Part shown: piece by piece, positions 10,295 through 20,699 of the stretch
How positions within the stretch are numbered: position 1 is the first letter of the stretch
Layout of the letters: the number at the start of each line of letters is the position of its first letter
The notes under the pieces: generated by a model
What the model was told of the DNA's origin: nothing
The model's input: only the letters and a program-made list of their open reading frames with translations
The model's database searches: none
Assembly: GCA_963793425.1 (NCBI GenBank)
Contig: CAWCAG010000005.1
Span: 1 to 64,000, forward strand
DNA: 64,000 nt
Direction: 5' to 3'
Source of the DNA: an uncultured cyanobacterium
GTDB lineage: Bacteria; Cyanobacteriota; Cyanobacteriia; Cyanobacteriales; CAWCAG01
Translations under genes and position numbers: made by a program

Positions 10295-11545
10295 TCATTT
10301 ATTCCCAGCTTTCGCTAACAATGCTGTGCCGAAAGCTGCTTCTGTGTGGGGAGACAGGAGAATAGGGGTTTTGAGATGGCGTTGACGTAGATTTTGCCAA
10401 GTGGGGTTTTTTGCACCTCCTCCAGCGGTGTAGATATGTTTGAGAGGGTTTGCACCGAGGGATTGTAATAATTGGTATCCTTTGGCTTCTATCTTCGCCA
10501 TCCCCTCTAATAAGCCATGGAGAAACTCTACTTGATTTGCCGGACGAGGAGTTAATTTTGGTGGTAAATTCGGGTTGTTGATGGGGAAGCGATCGCCGGG
10601 ATTAATGAGGGGATAATAATTGAGATTAGTTGGTTGCTGGAGATTAATTTTTTGGCTCAGTTCAACTAACTCTTTTGTGGTAAAAAAGTGTTGCAATACA
10701 GCACCCCCAGTATTAGATGCACCTCCGGTTAACCACATATTCCCCAAACGGTGGCTGTAAATACCATACGGAGAGGCTTCGATGGGAGTTTGGCTTAATA
10801 ACTTAAGTACTAAAGTAGAACCAAGAGAGGTTACAGCTTCTCCTGGTTGGTTTGCACCGCTAGCCAGGAAAGCAGCAATACTATCAGTTGTTCCAGTACA
10901 AACTACACAGTTTTTCGGCAAATGGTAATTAGCAGCAACAGCTTTACTGATTTCCCCAATTATAGTTCCCGGCGGTAAAACTTGGGGCAGTAGGGATGCT
11001 ATAGCTAAATCTTCTAACCAAGGGGGATAAGCAAGTTTTTCTACGTCGTAACCTAGTTTAAGGGTATTATGATAATCGCTGATACCTAACTTGCCGTGGA
11101 GTAAAAAACTCAACCAATCTGCTTGATGGAGAAAGTATTTACCCTGGGGAAAAACCGTTTGTTTCTTTAACCACAGGAGTTTAGCTAAACTTGATGTAAC
11201 GCTGTTGACAACATGGTTGGCAGGGGCAATGGTTTGTAATTCTTTTAATACCTCAACTCCCCTAGCATCGTTGTACAAAATTGGTGTAGTGACAGGCTGA
11301 CCTTGGTTATTGCATAAAAGTACTGTAGAGGATGTACCATTAACTGCGATCGCCTTAATTTCTTGGCGTATTTCTTGGGGAATTTGGGCAATTAAATTAA
11401 ATAACCCCTGCTGCCACAACTCAGCTAAATTTTCCCTTTGGGAATTAGCAAAAGGGAACTGTACTTCTACTAAAATATTTTCTTGTTCATCAATTGCGAT
11501 CGCCCTTGCACCGGATGTACCAAAGTCAATACCGATATAAGTCAT
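10295..11545 (-). CDS. FGGY-family carbohydrate kinase (xylulose/D-ribulose kinase-like)
   Basis: IGIDFGTSGAR, GTTDSIAAFLA, SLGSTLVLK, TAGGGAKN motifs. Confidence 0.88.
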   Translation of the reverse strand: MTYIGIDFGTSGARAIAIDEQENILVEVQFPFANSQRENLAELWQQGLFNLIAQIPQEIRQEIKAIAVNGTSSTVLLCNNQGQPVTTPILYNDARGVEVLKELQTIAPANHVVNSVTSSLAKLLWLKKQTVFPQGKYFLHQADWLSFLLHGKLGISDYHNTLKLGYDVEKLAYPPWLEDLAIASLLPQVLPPGTIIGEISKAVAANYHLPKNCVVCTGTTDSIAAFLASGANQPGEAVTSLGSTLVLKLLSQTPIEASPYGIYSHRLGNMWLTGGASNTGGAVLQHFFTTKELVELSQKINLQQPTNLNYYPLINPGDRFPINNPNLPPKLTPRPANQVEFLHGLLEGMAKIEAKGYQLLQSLGANPLKHIYTAGGGAKNPTWQNLRQRHLKTPILLSPHTEAAFGTALLAKAGNK

Positions 11546-11653
11546 ATCAAATCAGCCTGAACAAAAGACTATTTTAACCCTTAAAAATACGATGTCTACG
11601 ATGGGCTTCTGGCTTCTCAGGGGCGAAGATGCTACACAAGTGCCTACCCATCC

Positions 11654-12277
11654 TCACTCAACCACAACCTCACTTAACTTTTGCAAAATCCCTAACACAG
11701 AATACAAATCATTTCCCCTCCGCAAACTAAACTCATCAGACAAAGCATACACAGGAACATCTTGCTTCACCAATTTTAGGAAAATAAAATTACTACCATT
11801 GGTGACAAAACCGAATAAAGGCTGATTTTCTCTAACACCAGCCAACATATAAGCCAAAGCTTGAGGAATACCAACTTCTAAGGAAAATCCTGCTTTCTTC
11901 GATTCAATCACCAACACCCATAACTGGGATTGCAACACCAAAATGTCAATCTTGCCCCGTATCAAAACTTCTTCATCTTCTTCAACTATCTCTACTGATT
12001 TCTCACTGGTTGTATAAAACGGGGGTAAATAGAACCCAGCTAAATCCAAAAGTGGCGACAAAACTACCATCTTGACCATATTTTCGAGCATACCGCGCTT
12101 GGCCAGGTTGAGGTAATTATTTTTGATTCGGTTTAATACAGCTTTGTCTAATTCCTTGAGTTCCGGTAAATCTCCACGGCATTCTGGAAAGAAAGCTTCA
12201 TTATTAGTAAATTTAAGCTTAAATCGGTTTTCTAAATCGTAGAGAGTGAGTTTTTCTGCTTGAAGTGTTGTTACCAT
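11654..12277 (-). CDS. Stand-alone type I restriction enzyme HsdR N-terminal-like PD-(D/E)xK nuclease domain protein
   Basis: LENMVKMVVLSPLLDLAGFY, GKIDILV...IESKK, QALAYM, VTNG motifs of this abundant cyanobacterial family. Confidence 0.75.
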   Translation of the reverse strand: MVTTLQAEKLTLYDLENRFKLKFTNNEAFFPECRGDLPELKELDKAVLNRIKNNYLNLAKRGMLENMVKMVVLSPLLDLAGFYLPPFYTTSEKSVEIVEEDEEVLIRGKIDILVLQSQLWVLVIESKKAGFSLEVGIPQALAYMLAGVRENQPLFGFVTNGSNFIFLKLVKQDVPVYALSDEFSLRRGNDLYSVLGILQKLSEVVVE

Positions 12278-12691
12278 TTTAATTTACTTTTTAACCTACT
12301 TATTCTGGTTTCATCCAACCTTTAACAATGGCTTTTTAGAACGCGATCGCAGACTTTCCCCTAAATTACCCTATAAGCAATAGTTTAATCAAATCAAATT
12401 AGTTATTAAATATTCTGAATTTACATAACTTCAACTTAAAATTTGTCAAGCCCAAAATATTTCTGCAAACAACCTATTTGTGTGGTTTAATAGAAAAATC
12501 AAAAAATCATTGTGGTTTCTTAGTGCCAAAAAAGAGATGCCAGCCTCTACATTCCCTGATAAATCGTTATTTTAGCTACTATTTCCCTCCAATTTCCTAA
12601 CTAAAAGTAGTGAATGGCGAACAAATTTGTTCGCCAATTTTAAAAGTTTTTTTGACAAATACAGGCTTTTCAGGTAACGAGGTGAGAGACT

Positions 12692-14119
12692 TTATTCTTT
12701 TCTCAGTTCCAAAAAAGCCACAGATTCAACATGAGCCGTTTGAGGAAACAAATCTATAGGTTGAACAAAACTAAGCTGATAAATTCCATCTTGACAAAGG
12801 AGTTTAAGATCCCTGGCTAAGGTAGCTGGCTTGCAACTAATATAAATCAAACGTTGTGGTTGAATTCGTAAGATAGTTTCGATAACCACAGCATCACAAC
12901 CTTTACGAGGGGGATCGAGAAGCAGGATATCTGGAACTAATTCCAGCTGTGGTAAACAGGTTTTTACAGTCCCTTCCAAGAAAGAAACATTGTTAACCTG
13001 ATTCGCCTCCGCATTCAATCTTCCTTGTGCCACAGAATCAGCTTGTAATTCTATACCAAAAGCTAACCGCACCTTTTGAGCCAAGGGTAAGGTGAAAGTA
13101 CCAATTCCACAGTAGGCATCGACAAGGACTTCTTGCCCCTGTAAATCTAGTCTTTGCTCAATCACCTCTAATAACCTCTCCGCAGCCTCTGTATTGACTT
13201 GGAAGAAGGTCTGAGGCAACAGTTGAAACTTTAGTCCAGCGAACTCTTCCCTTAAATAAGGCTGTCCGACAATACTCAAAGTTTGGGAACCAAAAATAAC
13301 ATTAGTAGAATTAGGATTTAAGTTGAGGCAAACTCCGACTAAAGAGGGATAGCGCTCTAACCACTCTTGCCCTTGGCTTTCTAGTTTCGATAAATTACCA
13401 TCCCGACTAACTAGAGTTAGTAGCATTTCTCCAGTACGCCTACCAATACGCAAAGAAAGATGGCGTAACTTACCCCTATTTAACTCTTCGTTATAAATTG
13501 ACCAGCCCTGCTTTTGAATATCTACTTTCACTTCTGCTAAAAGAGGATTTAATCTCTGATCTTGCACAGGACATTGATTAAGATTAATTAACTGGTGACT
13601 ACTAGCACGGTAATAACCTGCCTGTACATTTCCGGTAGTAGACCTTTTAAGGGGATAAGTAACTTTGTTACGATACCCCAAAGGAGAAGCCCCGGTTAGG
13701 GTGGAAGCGACAACAGGGTTGGCAAATTTACCAATTCTATTTAAAGCTTGCAGTACTTGATTTTGCTTGGCTGCTAATTGATATTCATAATCAATGTGCT
13801 GCCACTGACAACCCCCACACTTGTCAGCCACAATACAGTGAGGGCGAATACGATGGGGAGAAGGAGTAAGAAGTTTTTCTAATTTACCAAAGGCATATTT
13901 TGGTTTCACCCGCACTAATCTAGCTAAGACGCGATCCCCTGTTACAGTTTGTGGAATAAAGACCACACGATCCCCGAAACGCCCTGTACCATCGCCGCGA
14001 TCGCTAATATCAGTAATCTCTACTTCCACCAACTTCCCTTGTTGCCAATGGTCAATAACATTAAGATTGTTTAATTTGTTACTTTCCACCCTACCCTTCT
14101 CCCTTTCTTTGTGACCCAT
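12692..14119 (-). CDS. rlmD: 23S rRNA (uracil(1939)-C5)-methyltransferase RlmD
   Basis: TRAM domain, CGGCQWQH Fe-S motif, FFQVN, DAYCGIG, DPPRKG, YISC, DLFPQTAHVE; the true start may be slightly downstream. Confidence 0.92.
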   Translation of the reverse strand: MGHKEREKGRVESNKLNNLNVIDHWQQGKLVEVEITDISDRGDGTGRFGDRVVFIPQTVTGDRVLARLVRVKPKYAFGKLEKLLTPSPHRIRPHCIVADKCGGCQWQHIDYEYQLAAKQNQVLQALNRIGKFANPVVASTLTGASPLGYRNKVTYPLKRSTTGNVQAGYYRASSHQLINLNQCPVQDQRLNPLLAEVKVDIQKQGWSIYNEELNRGKLRHLSLRIGRRTGEMLLTLVSRDGNLSKLESQGQEWLERYPSLVGVCLNLNPNSTNVIFGSQTLSIVGQPYLREEFAGLKFQLLPQTFFQVNTEAAERLLEVIEQRLDLQGQEVLVDAYCGIGTFTLPLAQKVRLAFGIELQADSVAQGRLNAEANQVNNVSFLEGTVKTCLPQLELVPDILLLDPPRKGCDAVVIETILRIQPQRLIYISCKPATLARDLKLLCQDGIYQLSFVQPIDLFPQTAHVESVAFLELRKE

Positions 14120-14161
14120 TAAGTAGCTAAACTAACAGATATTAAAAGTTCTCGAAATATC

Positions 14162-14653
14162 ATGAGTGTAGTTAGTCAAGTTATTCTCAAAGCAGATGAT
14201 GAACTCCGCTATCCTAGCAGTGGAGAACTCAAAGGTATCAAAGATTTTTTGTGTACTGGAGAGCAGCGAGTACGCATCGCTGAAACCTTAGCAGAAAATG
14301 AAAAAAAGATAGTTGATCGTGCCAGCAAAAGTCTTTGGCAAAAGCGCCCCGACTTTATTGCTCCCGGAGGCAATGCTAACGGAAACCGTGAACGCAAACA
14401 GTGTTTGCGAGATTACGGCTGGTATTTACGCTTGATCACCTACGGGGTGTTAGCTGGGGACAAAGCCCCCATAGAAAATATTGGCTTAATTGGTGTCAGA
14501 GAGATGTACAACGCCCTCGATGTACCTGTCCCTGGCATGGCCGAAGCGATTCGTTGTTTAAAAGAAGCATCTTTAGCTTTACTTAGTGAAGAAGATGCCC
14601 AACAAACAGCGCCTTACTTCGACTACATTATCCAAGCCATGTCTTACAACTAA
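14162..14653 (+). CDS. apcD: Allophycocyanin alpha-B subunit
   Basis: [23 protein letters not shown]..., chromophore Cys in [16 protein letters not shown]. Confidence 0.95.
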   Translation: MSVVSQVILKADDELRYPSSGELKGIKDFLCTGEQRVRIAETLAENEKKIVDRASKSLWQKRPDFIAPGGNANGNRERKQCLRDYGWYLRLITYGVLAGDKAPIENIGLIGVREMYNALDVPVPGMAEAIRCLKEASLALLSEEDAQQTAPYFDYIIQAMSYN

Positions 14654-14777
14654 GCACAGTAAAATTACCTTAAGTGGTGAAGTATTGGGGATTGGTTAAG
14701 CATTAAGTTTTATATTTGATGTTTTTCTCTCCTCACACTTCGCCCTCAGTGAAAAACCCCTGATGCTTAAAAAATAC

Positions 14778-14812
14778 AAAAAACCGACAGTTTCTATACA
14801 GAATCCGTCGGC
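14778..14812 (-). terminator. Rho-independent terminator
   Basis: GCCGACGG-A-UUCU-GUAU-AGAA-A-CUGUCGGU followed by a U-tract on the minus strand. Confidence 0.65.
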
Positions 14813-14868
14813 TGGTTATGTGTTCCCTATTGATGACTCGGCTAGAGTTCAGTCAATACCAAGTATGC
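14778..14868 (-). ncRNA. Candidate ~90-nt small RNA (unnamed)
   Basis: Minus-strand -10 TAGAAT (14874-14879), 5' hairpin (14828-14858), short single-stranded linker, then a terminator hairpin and U-tract; G-U pairs are valid only on the minus strand. Confidence 0.5.
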
Positions 14869-14910
14869 CAATTATTCTATCTAAGCAGAACGATGTAGAT
14901 CATTTGGTTT

Positions 14911-14926
14911 TGTGAATTCGATCACA
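14911..14926. promoter_or_regulatory. Perfect CRP-family binding box
   Basis: TGTGA-attcga-TCACA matches TGTGA-N6-TCACA; intergenic. Confidence 0.6.
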
Positions 14927-15017
14927 GCCAAGGATAACTTGCTAGGGGTAGATAAGTAGATTTCTGATTCTTAAAAGGCGATAAATGCCCCTATTCAAGC
15001 TCTTTAATGCTTAATTT

Positions 15018-15557
15018 ATGTCATTCTTAATTAGAGTTCCCAAACTATCTTTAGGATTATTACTTTTAACTTACAGCGTGTTTGGTTGGCAGATAGGTGA
15101 AGTAAGTTCAACCCTTGCCAGAGAAAATGAGTGGCAGGAGGCTATTGCTCGTCTAGCTTGGTTAGAATCAACACCGTCATTTTCAAACTGGTTATTATCA
15201 AGTTCGACGGCTTACTGGGGTTTATGGGTAATAGTAATAGTTTGCGTTTTACTCTTTGCTGGAGCATTTACCACCCCTATTAAACTGATTAGAACTTGCT
15301 TCGGTGGTTGGTTACAATCAGATACCAGCGCCTTCGTTTCCATAATGGGCTTATCATTCGCTGCGGTAGTCATGTTTTGCTGGATTGAAGCATTCACAAG
15401 CCTAGTAATTATCTTTGCCACAGGTGCTTTAGCAAGATTGGATTTACAAAGAGAAGGTTGTGGAGAATGGCAAGCCTTTACAATTCTTACTTTACTTAGC
15501 TTTATAGGTATAGGCTTAGGTTGGCTAAGTTATGGCTTTTTCGTTAAATTTCTTTGA
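15018..15557 (+). CDS. Hypothetical integral membrane protein
   Basis: 179 aa ORF with about 5 hydrophobic segments. Confidence 0.7.
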   Translation: MSFLIRVPKLSLGLLLLTYSVFGWQIGEVSSTLARENEWQEAIARLAWLESTPSFSNWLLSSSTAYWGLWVIVIVCVLLFAGAFTTPIKLIRTCFGGWLQSDTSAFVSIMGLSFAAVVMFCWIEAFTSLVIIFATGALARLDLQREGCGEWQAFTILTLLSFIGIGLGWLSYGFFVKFL

Positions 15558-15657
15558 TCTTTATAACTGAAAATAGTTTTCTCTTCATCAAAGCATCGAC
15601 CGAATAAATGTCTCAAACCCTACTGCCTAATGCCTACTCCCTACTCCCTGCCTCGAT

Positions 15658-16836
15658 ATGATTGAAAACAACATTGTCTTGGGCTTAACTCTACTATCCT
15701 TATTAAGTTGGCTAGGACTTTTGAGTTTTCGGGGTCAATTTTGGCGAGCAAATCAACGCTTAGATACGCAAAGCAACGAATTAAAAGAGTTTCCTTCTGT
15801 TTGCGCCATCATCCCTGCCCGTAACGAAGCCCCAATGTTGCCACAAACCTTACCTTCCCTCTTGCAGCAAGACTATCCTGGGGAATTTAGCTTAGTTTTA
15901 GTTGATGACAGTAGCAGCGATTCCACCGGAAAAATTGCCCAAGAAATCGCCACTCAATTAAACTGCACCCAACGGTTAAAAGTTATCCTTGCAGAAGCCC
16001 TTCCCCAGGGTTGGACAGGTAAACTTTGGGCAATGGCTCAAGGTATTAAAACCGCTCAACAACAAACTAATCTCCCTGACTATTTCCTCCTCACCGACGC
16101 AGATATTCAACACAACTCAACTAATCTCCGGCAATTAGTAAGCAAAGCAGAACAAGAAAACTTAGATTTAGTTTCAGTTATGGTTTTGCTACGGTGTCAA
16201 AGCTTTTGGGAACAACTCCTCATCCCTGCTTTCGTCTTCTTTTTCCAAAAACTCTACCCTTTTCCTTGGGTTAACGATTCCTCCAAAACCATAGCAGCCG
16301 CCGCAGGGGGTTGCATCCTTATACATCGACAAGCACTACAACGTATCGGCGGCATTGCAGCCATACGCCAAGCCTTGATTGATGATTGTGCTTTAGCTGA
16401 AGCGATTAAATCCAGTAGTGACGGGAAAAAAGGTATTTGGTTAGGCTTAACCGACTCCACCTTAAGCCTCCGTCCCTATCCTTCCTTAGCTAGTATTTGG
16501 GATATGGTAACCCGTACTGCTTATACCCAACTCAACTATTCCCCCTGGCTATTACTAGGAACTTTAATTGCTATGACGATAATTTACCTTGTTCCCCCCT
16601 TCGCAACTATAGGAGGTTTATTGAGGGGAAATTGGTTAATGGCGATCGCCGGTTTATCAGCCTGGTTGCTGATGTCTGTGGCTTACCTACCTACTATCGG
16701 TTTATATAAACGTTCCCCTTTTTTAACCCTAGTTTTACCCGGAATTGCCTTACTTTATAATCTGATGACCATAGATTCTGCCCTACAGCATTGGCAAGGA
16801 AAAGGGGGGAAGTGGAAAGGAAGAGTGTATCCTTAA
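15658..16836 (+). CDS. hpnB: Hopene-associated glycosyltransferase family 2 (HpnB-like)
   Basis: IIPARNEA, VDDSSSD, GWTGKLWA, LTDADI, AAAGGC, IDDCALA, WKGRVY. Confidence 0.8.
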   Translation: MIENNIVLGLTLLSLLSWLGLLSFRGQFWRANQRLDTQSNELKEFPSVCAIIPARNEAPMLPQTLPSLLQQDYPGEFSLVLVDDSSSDSTGKIAQEIATQLNCTQRLKVILAEALPQGWTGKLWAMAQGIKTAQQQTNLPDYFLLTDADIQHNSTNLRQLVSKAEQENLDLVSVMVLLRCQSFWEQLLIPAFVFFFQKLYPFPWVNDSSKTIAAAAGGCILIHRQALQRIGGIAAIRQALIDDCALAEAIKSSSDGKKGIWLGLTDSTLSLRPYPSLASIWDMVTRTAYTQLNYSPWLLLGTLIAMTIIYLVPPFATIGGLLRGNWLMAIAGLSAWLLMSVAYLPTIGLYKRSPFLTLVLPGIALLYNLMTIDSALQHWQGKGGKWKGRVYP

Positions 16837-16883
16837 TGTTACTTCGTAACCCTCACAAATAACCAGTGTTTAGCAACTAGCAA

Positions 16884-19800
16884 TTAACCATTAGCAACTT
16901 CAATCTCCCCCTCAGCCTGATTAACAATTGCCTTCAACTCATTAATAGTTTCTTCTGTAACCTCTTGCCACAAACCTCGCTGTTGCGCCTCCAAAAGTCT
17001 TTCTGCCATATCTCTTAATGCCCAAGGATTCTTATCCTCAATAAACTTTTGTACCTCTTCATCAAAAATGTATGCCTCCGCAACCCCTTGATACATATAA
17101 TCTGCCACACATCTTGCTGTCGCATCATAAGCAAATAAATAATCCACCGTTGCCGCCATCTCAAAAGCCCCCTTATAACCATGACGCATCACCCCAGCAA
17201 TCCATTTTGGGTTAACAACGCGGGAACGATAAACCCTGGCAATTTCTTCGGTTAACTGTCGTACCTTGGGGTTTGTGGGGATAGAGTTATCACCAAAATA
17301 GGTTTGAGGATTTTTCCCGGTAACTGCCCTAACTGCTGCAGTTAAGCCTCCTTGAAACTGATAATAATCATCGGAATCTAAAAGATCATGTTCGCGATTA
17401 TCTTGGTTGTGGAGGACAATTTGCAATTGTTCTAAGCGCTTAGCAAAAGCTTCTGGTGCAGCTTTACCTTTTCCCCCAACGCCATAGGCATAGGAACTCC
17501 AATTAATGTAAGCACGGGCTAAATCTTCATCACTTGTCCAGTTTTGTCCTTCAATTAAGCCCTGCAACCCAGCCCCATAAGCACCAGGTTTAGAACCAAA
17601 TATGCGGTGGCGCGATCGCTCTTTCGCCTGTTGTTTTTCTAGTCCTGCTTTTTGCCACAACTCCTCTTCCTGTCTTGCCTTGCTAGCTAAAGGATTATCT
17701 TCTGGAGGTTCATCAAGACTTGCCACAGCGTTCACTGCATTGTAAAATAAATCTATTAAATTGGGGAAGCCGTCGCGAAAGAAGCCTGAGATGCGTAAAG
17801 TTACATCAACACGGGGTCTTCCTAACCCAGATACTGGCAAAATTTCAAAATCCACAACCCTCCGAGAAGCGCCATCCCAAACCGGTTGCACCCCTAACAA
17901 AGCTAAGGCTTGGGCAATATCATCCCCTCCGGTACGCATAGTCGAAGTTCCCCACAAAGAAATAGCTAAGGTTTGGGGATATTCACCGTTTTCTTGGGTA
18001 TAGCGCTCAACAACAACTTCTGCGGCTTTTCTCCCCACATCCCAAGCTGTTTCTGTGGGGATGGCACGAATATCTACAGAGTAGAAGTTGCGCCCGGTGG
18101 GTAATACGTCTGCCCTCCCCCTAGTTGGTGCGCCCGCAGCCCCGCTTGGTATGTATTGTCCAGCTAATCCTCTCAATAAGTTAGTTATTTCTTGGGGGGT
18201 TTGTTGTAATTTGGGTAAGAGATAGTTTTGTATCCAGTTAATTTCTTGATTGAGATGTTTTGATTGATACTTATTAACAAGGGACGGGAGAGGAGAAAGA
18301 AATTTTTCTACTAAACTAGCTGCTTTTTCTTCTAGTGACTCAATAGCATCTCCTAAATTATAAAACTCTTCACCCAGAAAACTATCTGTAGGATTAGCAG
18401 TCAAGGGGTTAAAATCCCAACCTAAATCTTCAGCCAAGGCGCAGGTTAAACCAATTCTCTCTTGATTTGGAGAACGAGCGATAGCCACAATTAAATCTCT
18501 TAATTGTCTTCCCTGGGGACATTGACCTAAAATATGTAAACCGTCTTTAATTTGCGCTTCTTTAAGTTCACATAAATAGCCATCAATACTAGTAGTGATT
18601 TCTCCTGAAGAGTTGTTGATTGCTTCTGCACTTAAGCCTAAATCTTGATGGAGATTCTCCTTAATAATAAGTTCAAGGAGGCGATCACTAATAATTTTTA
18701 AACGAGAAGGATCTAAAGTTTGCGCCTCATAATACTCATCAACTAAAGCTTCTACTTTATGCAAATTGCCATAAAGTTCGGCACGAGTCATCGGAGGGGT
18801 TAAATGGTCAACAATCACTCCTTGAGAACGACGCTTGGCTTGAGAGCCTTCCCCAGGATCATTAACAATAAAAGGATAAAAGTGAGGCATTGCTCCTAAA
18901 GTTATTTCTGGGTAACAACTAGAAGACAAAGAAACACTTTTACCAGGCAACCATTCTAAGTTGCCATGTTTGCCTACATGAATAATAGCTAAAGCACCGA
19001 AGTTATTTTTTAACCAATAATAGTAAGCTAAATATTCTGGAGTTGGTTCTAAATCTGGAGCATGGTAATTTAAACTCGGATCAATGTCGTAGCCCCTTGA
19101 GGGTTGAATACCAATAAAGACATTACCTAATTGAATACCGGGAATAGGAATATTTGATGAGGGGATATTTTGCCAGCGATCGCGGATTTCTGTTTGTACC
19201 TTTTCCGGTAAAGTTGCAAAATATTGTTGATATTCCTGAAGTGATAAACTTTGTAAACAAGGACGTAATTCTTTGCTTTCCGGGTCATTAGTAACCCCGG
19301 AAGTAAGGCGAGAAATCAACTCATCTCCGTTGCTGGGAATATCTGTAACTTCATAACCTTCTTTCTGTAAGGCTTGAAGAATTTCTAGACAACTAGCAGG
19401 AGTATCTAAACCAACTCCATTAGCAAGACGGCCATCTTTATTAGGATAATTAGCTAAAATTAAAGCAATCTTCCTTTCCGTAATAGGAGTCTGTTTTAAC
19501 TTCAACCAATTCCTAGCTAAATCAGCAACAAAATCAACCCTATCCTTAACTGGTTCATAAATAACCACATCAGTTTCTAACTTTTCATACCAAGTTTGTA
19601 CAGATTTAAAAGAAATAGCACGGGTAATTATCTTACCATCCACCTCCGGCAAAGCCACATTCATAGCCACATCCCTAGGAGTTAAACCTTGCCAACTTGA
19701 TGCCCATTGTTCCTTTGTGCCACCACTAAGAATTACTTGTAAAACAGGAACATTCAACTCTTGCCAAAATGTATTCTTTTCTGACTCATTAAGTTTGGCA

Positions 19801-20582
19801 ATAGAAAAGCTGGCAGTATTAAGAATTAGTTGAACTTGACCTTGAAAATAGTTTAATAACTCTTCTTGAATTCCTGGATCACTCAAAGAAGAAATAAACA
19901 TAGGAACAGGCACTAAATTACGCTCAATCAAAGCTTCACAAAGAGCATCAATTGGTGCTATATTTCCTGCTAAATAATGGGCGCGATAAAAAATAATACC
20001 CACCTTCCCAAAGTCATTATTTTGCTGACTCTTGTAATCATAAAATCCTAAACGAGGAACCGTTTGAGGTGGGGAAGGATGATAATTAGTACCTAAACAA
20101 GTATCAGCAGCAAATTGCCAAGCATTAACAAAATTAGCAACTCCCCCCTCCGTTAAATAGCGCCACAACTGGTTAACAGCAGCCAGAGACACCGTAGAAT
20201 GGCTAATCAAACTGGGGTCAGGGCGTTCATCCCCTGGCAGCACAAACAAAGCGCACCCTGTCTCCTCAGCAATCTCCTTAACAACCTCCAAACCATAGGG
20301 CCAATAACCCCTGCCCCCCAACAAACGCAGAATAATAATCTTCGCTGCGGATAAAACATCTTCGCCATAGGTATCAATGGTAAGCTGCTGTTGCAATTGC
20401 AGCAAATTAGCTACTCGTGTTTCAGGAAAATCTTCCGGCAAGTGAGATACCGCAGCCGCAAGGGTTTGAATATCTGTATCAGCAGCAGTAAGAAAAACTA
20501 TTGGTGCAGGAGTTTGTTCAATAAAAATAACCCCTTCAGCATCGGGGTTCCAACCTCCCGGAGTCGCAGCAAGACGGTGCAT
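16884..20582 (-). CDS. cobN: Cobaltochelatase subunit CobN
   Basis: MHRLAATPGGW start, GKHGNLEWLPGK, LPTGRNFY, DNREHDLLDSDDYYQF, RHGYKG. Confidence 0.95.
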   Translation of the reverse strand: MHRLAATPGGWNPDAEGVIFIEQTPAPIVFLTAADTDIQTLAAAVSHLPEDFPETRVANLLQLQQQLTIDTYGEDVLSAAKIIILRLLGGRGYWPYGLEVVKEIAEETGCALFVLPGDERPDPSLISHSTVSLAAVNQLWRYLTEGGVANFVNAWQFAADTCLGTNYHPSPPQTVPRLGFYDYKSQQNNDFGKVGIIFYRAHYLAGNIAPIDALCEALIERNLVPVPMFISSLSDPGIQEELLNYFQGQVQLILNTASFSIAKLNESEKNTFWQELNVPVLQVILSGGTKEQWASSWQGLTPRDVAMNVALPEVDGKIITRAISFKSVQTWYEKLETDVVIYEPVKDRVDFVADLARNWLKLKQTPITERKIALILANYPNKDGRLANGVGLDTPASCLEILQALQKEGYEVTDIPSNGDELISRLTSGVTNDPESKELRPCLQSLSLQEYQQYFATLPEKVQTEIRDRWQNIPSSNIPIPGIQLGNVFIGIQPSRGYDIDPSLNYHAPDLEPTPEYLAYYYWLKNNFGALAIIHVGKHGNLEWLPGKSVSLSSSCYPEITLGAMPHFYPFIVNDPGEGSQAKRRSQGVIVDHLTPPMTRAELYGNLHKVEALVDEYYEAQTLDPSRLKIISDRLLELIIKENLHQDLGLSAEAINNSSGEITTSIDGYLCELKEAQIKDGLHILGQCPQGRQLRDLIVAIARSPNQERIGLTCALAEDLGWDFNPLTANPTDSFLGEEFYNLGDAIESLEEKAASLVEKFLSPLPSLVNKYQSKHLNQEINWIQNYLLPKLQQTPQEITNLLRGLAGQYIPSGAAGAPTRGRADVLPTGRNFYSVDIRAIPTETAWDVGRKAAEVVVERYTQENGEYPQTLAISLWGTSTMRTGGDDIAQALALLGVQPVWDGASRRVVDFEILPVSGLGRPRVDVTLRISGFFRDGFPNLIDLFYNAVNAVASLDEPPEDNPLASKARQEEELWQKAGLEKQQAKERSRHRIFGSKPGAYGAGLQGLIEGQNWTSDEDLARAYINWSSYAYGVGGKGKAAPEAFAKRLEQLQIVLHNQDNREHDLLDSDDYYQFQGGLTAAVRAVTGKNPQTYFGDNSIPTNPKVRQLTEEIARVYRSRVVNPKWIAGVMRHGYKGAFEMAATVDYLFAYDATARCVADYMYQGVAEAYIFDEEVQKFIEDKNPWALRDMAERLLEAQQRGLWQEVTEETINELKAIVNQAEGEIEVANG

Positions 20583-20699
20583 AGATTTTTCCTATTTAAA
20601 CATTGATCATTTATCATCAAGCATATTTTTATATTTCTATTAGCCACTCTTCTATTAACAATTAGCAAAAACCAGAAATCCAGGCTGTAGCTAACTATG

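Noticed and set aside
11654..12277. HsdR-like gene as evidence of a type I restriction-modification system
   Set aside because: Only a stand-alone N-terminal nuclease-like domain; no hsdM, hsdS or helicase nearby; a common cyanobacterial paralogue family.
14728..14738. TCTCCTCACAC resembling the Yfr1 sRNA core ACTCCTCACAC
   Set aside because: One mismatch, and no convincing flanking hairpin or terminator on that strand.
20583..20699. Possible cobalamin riboswitch upstream of cobN
   Set aside because: The region is short and AT-rich with no B12-box motifs.
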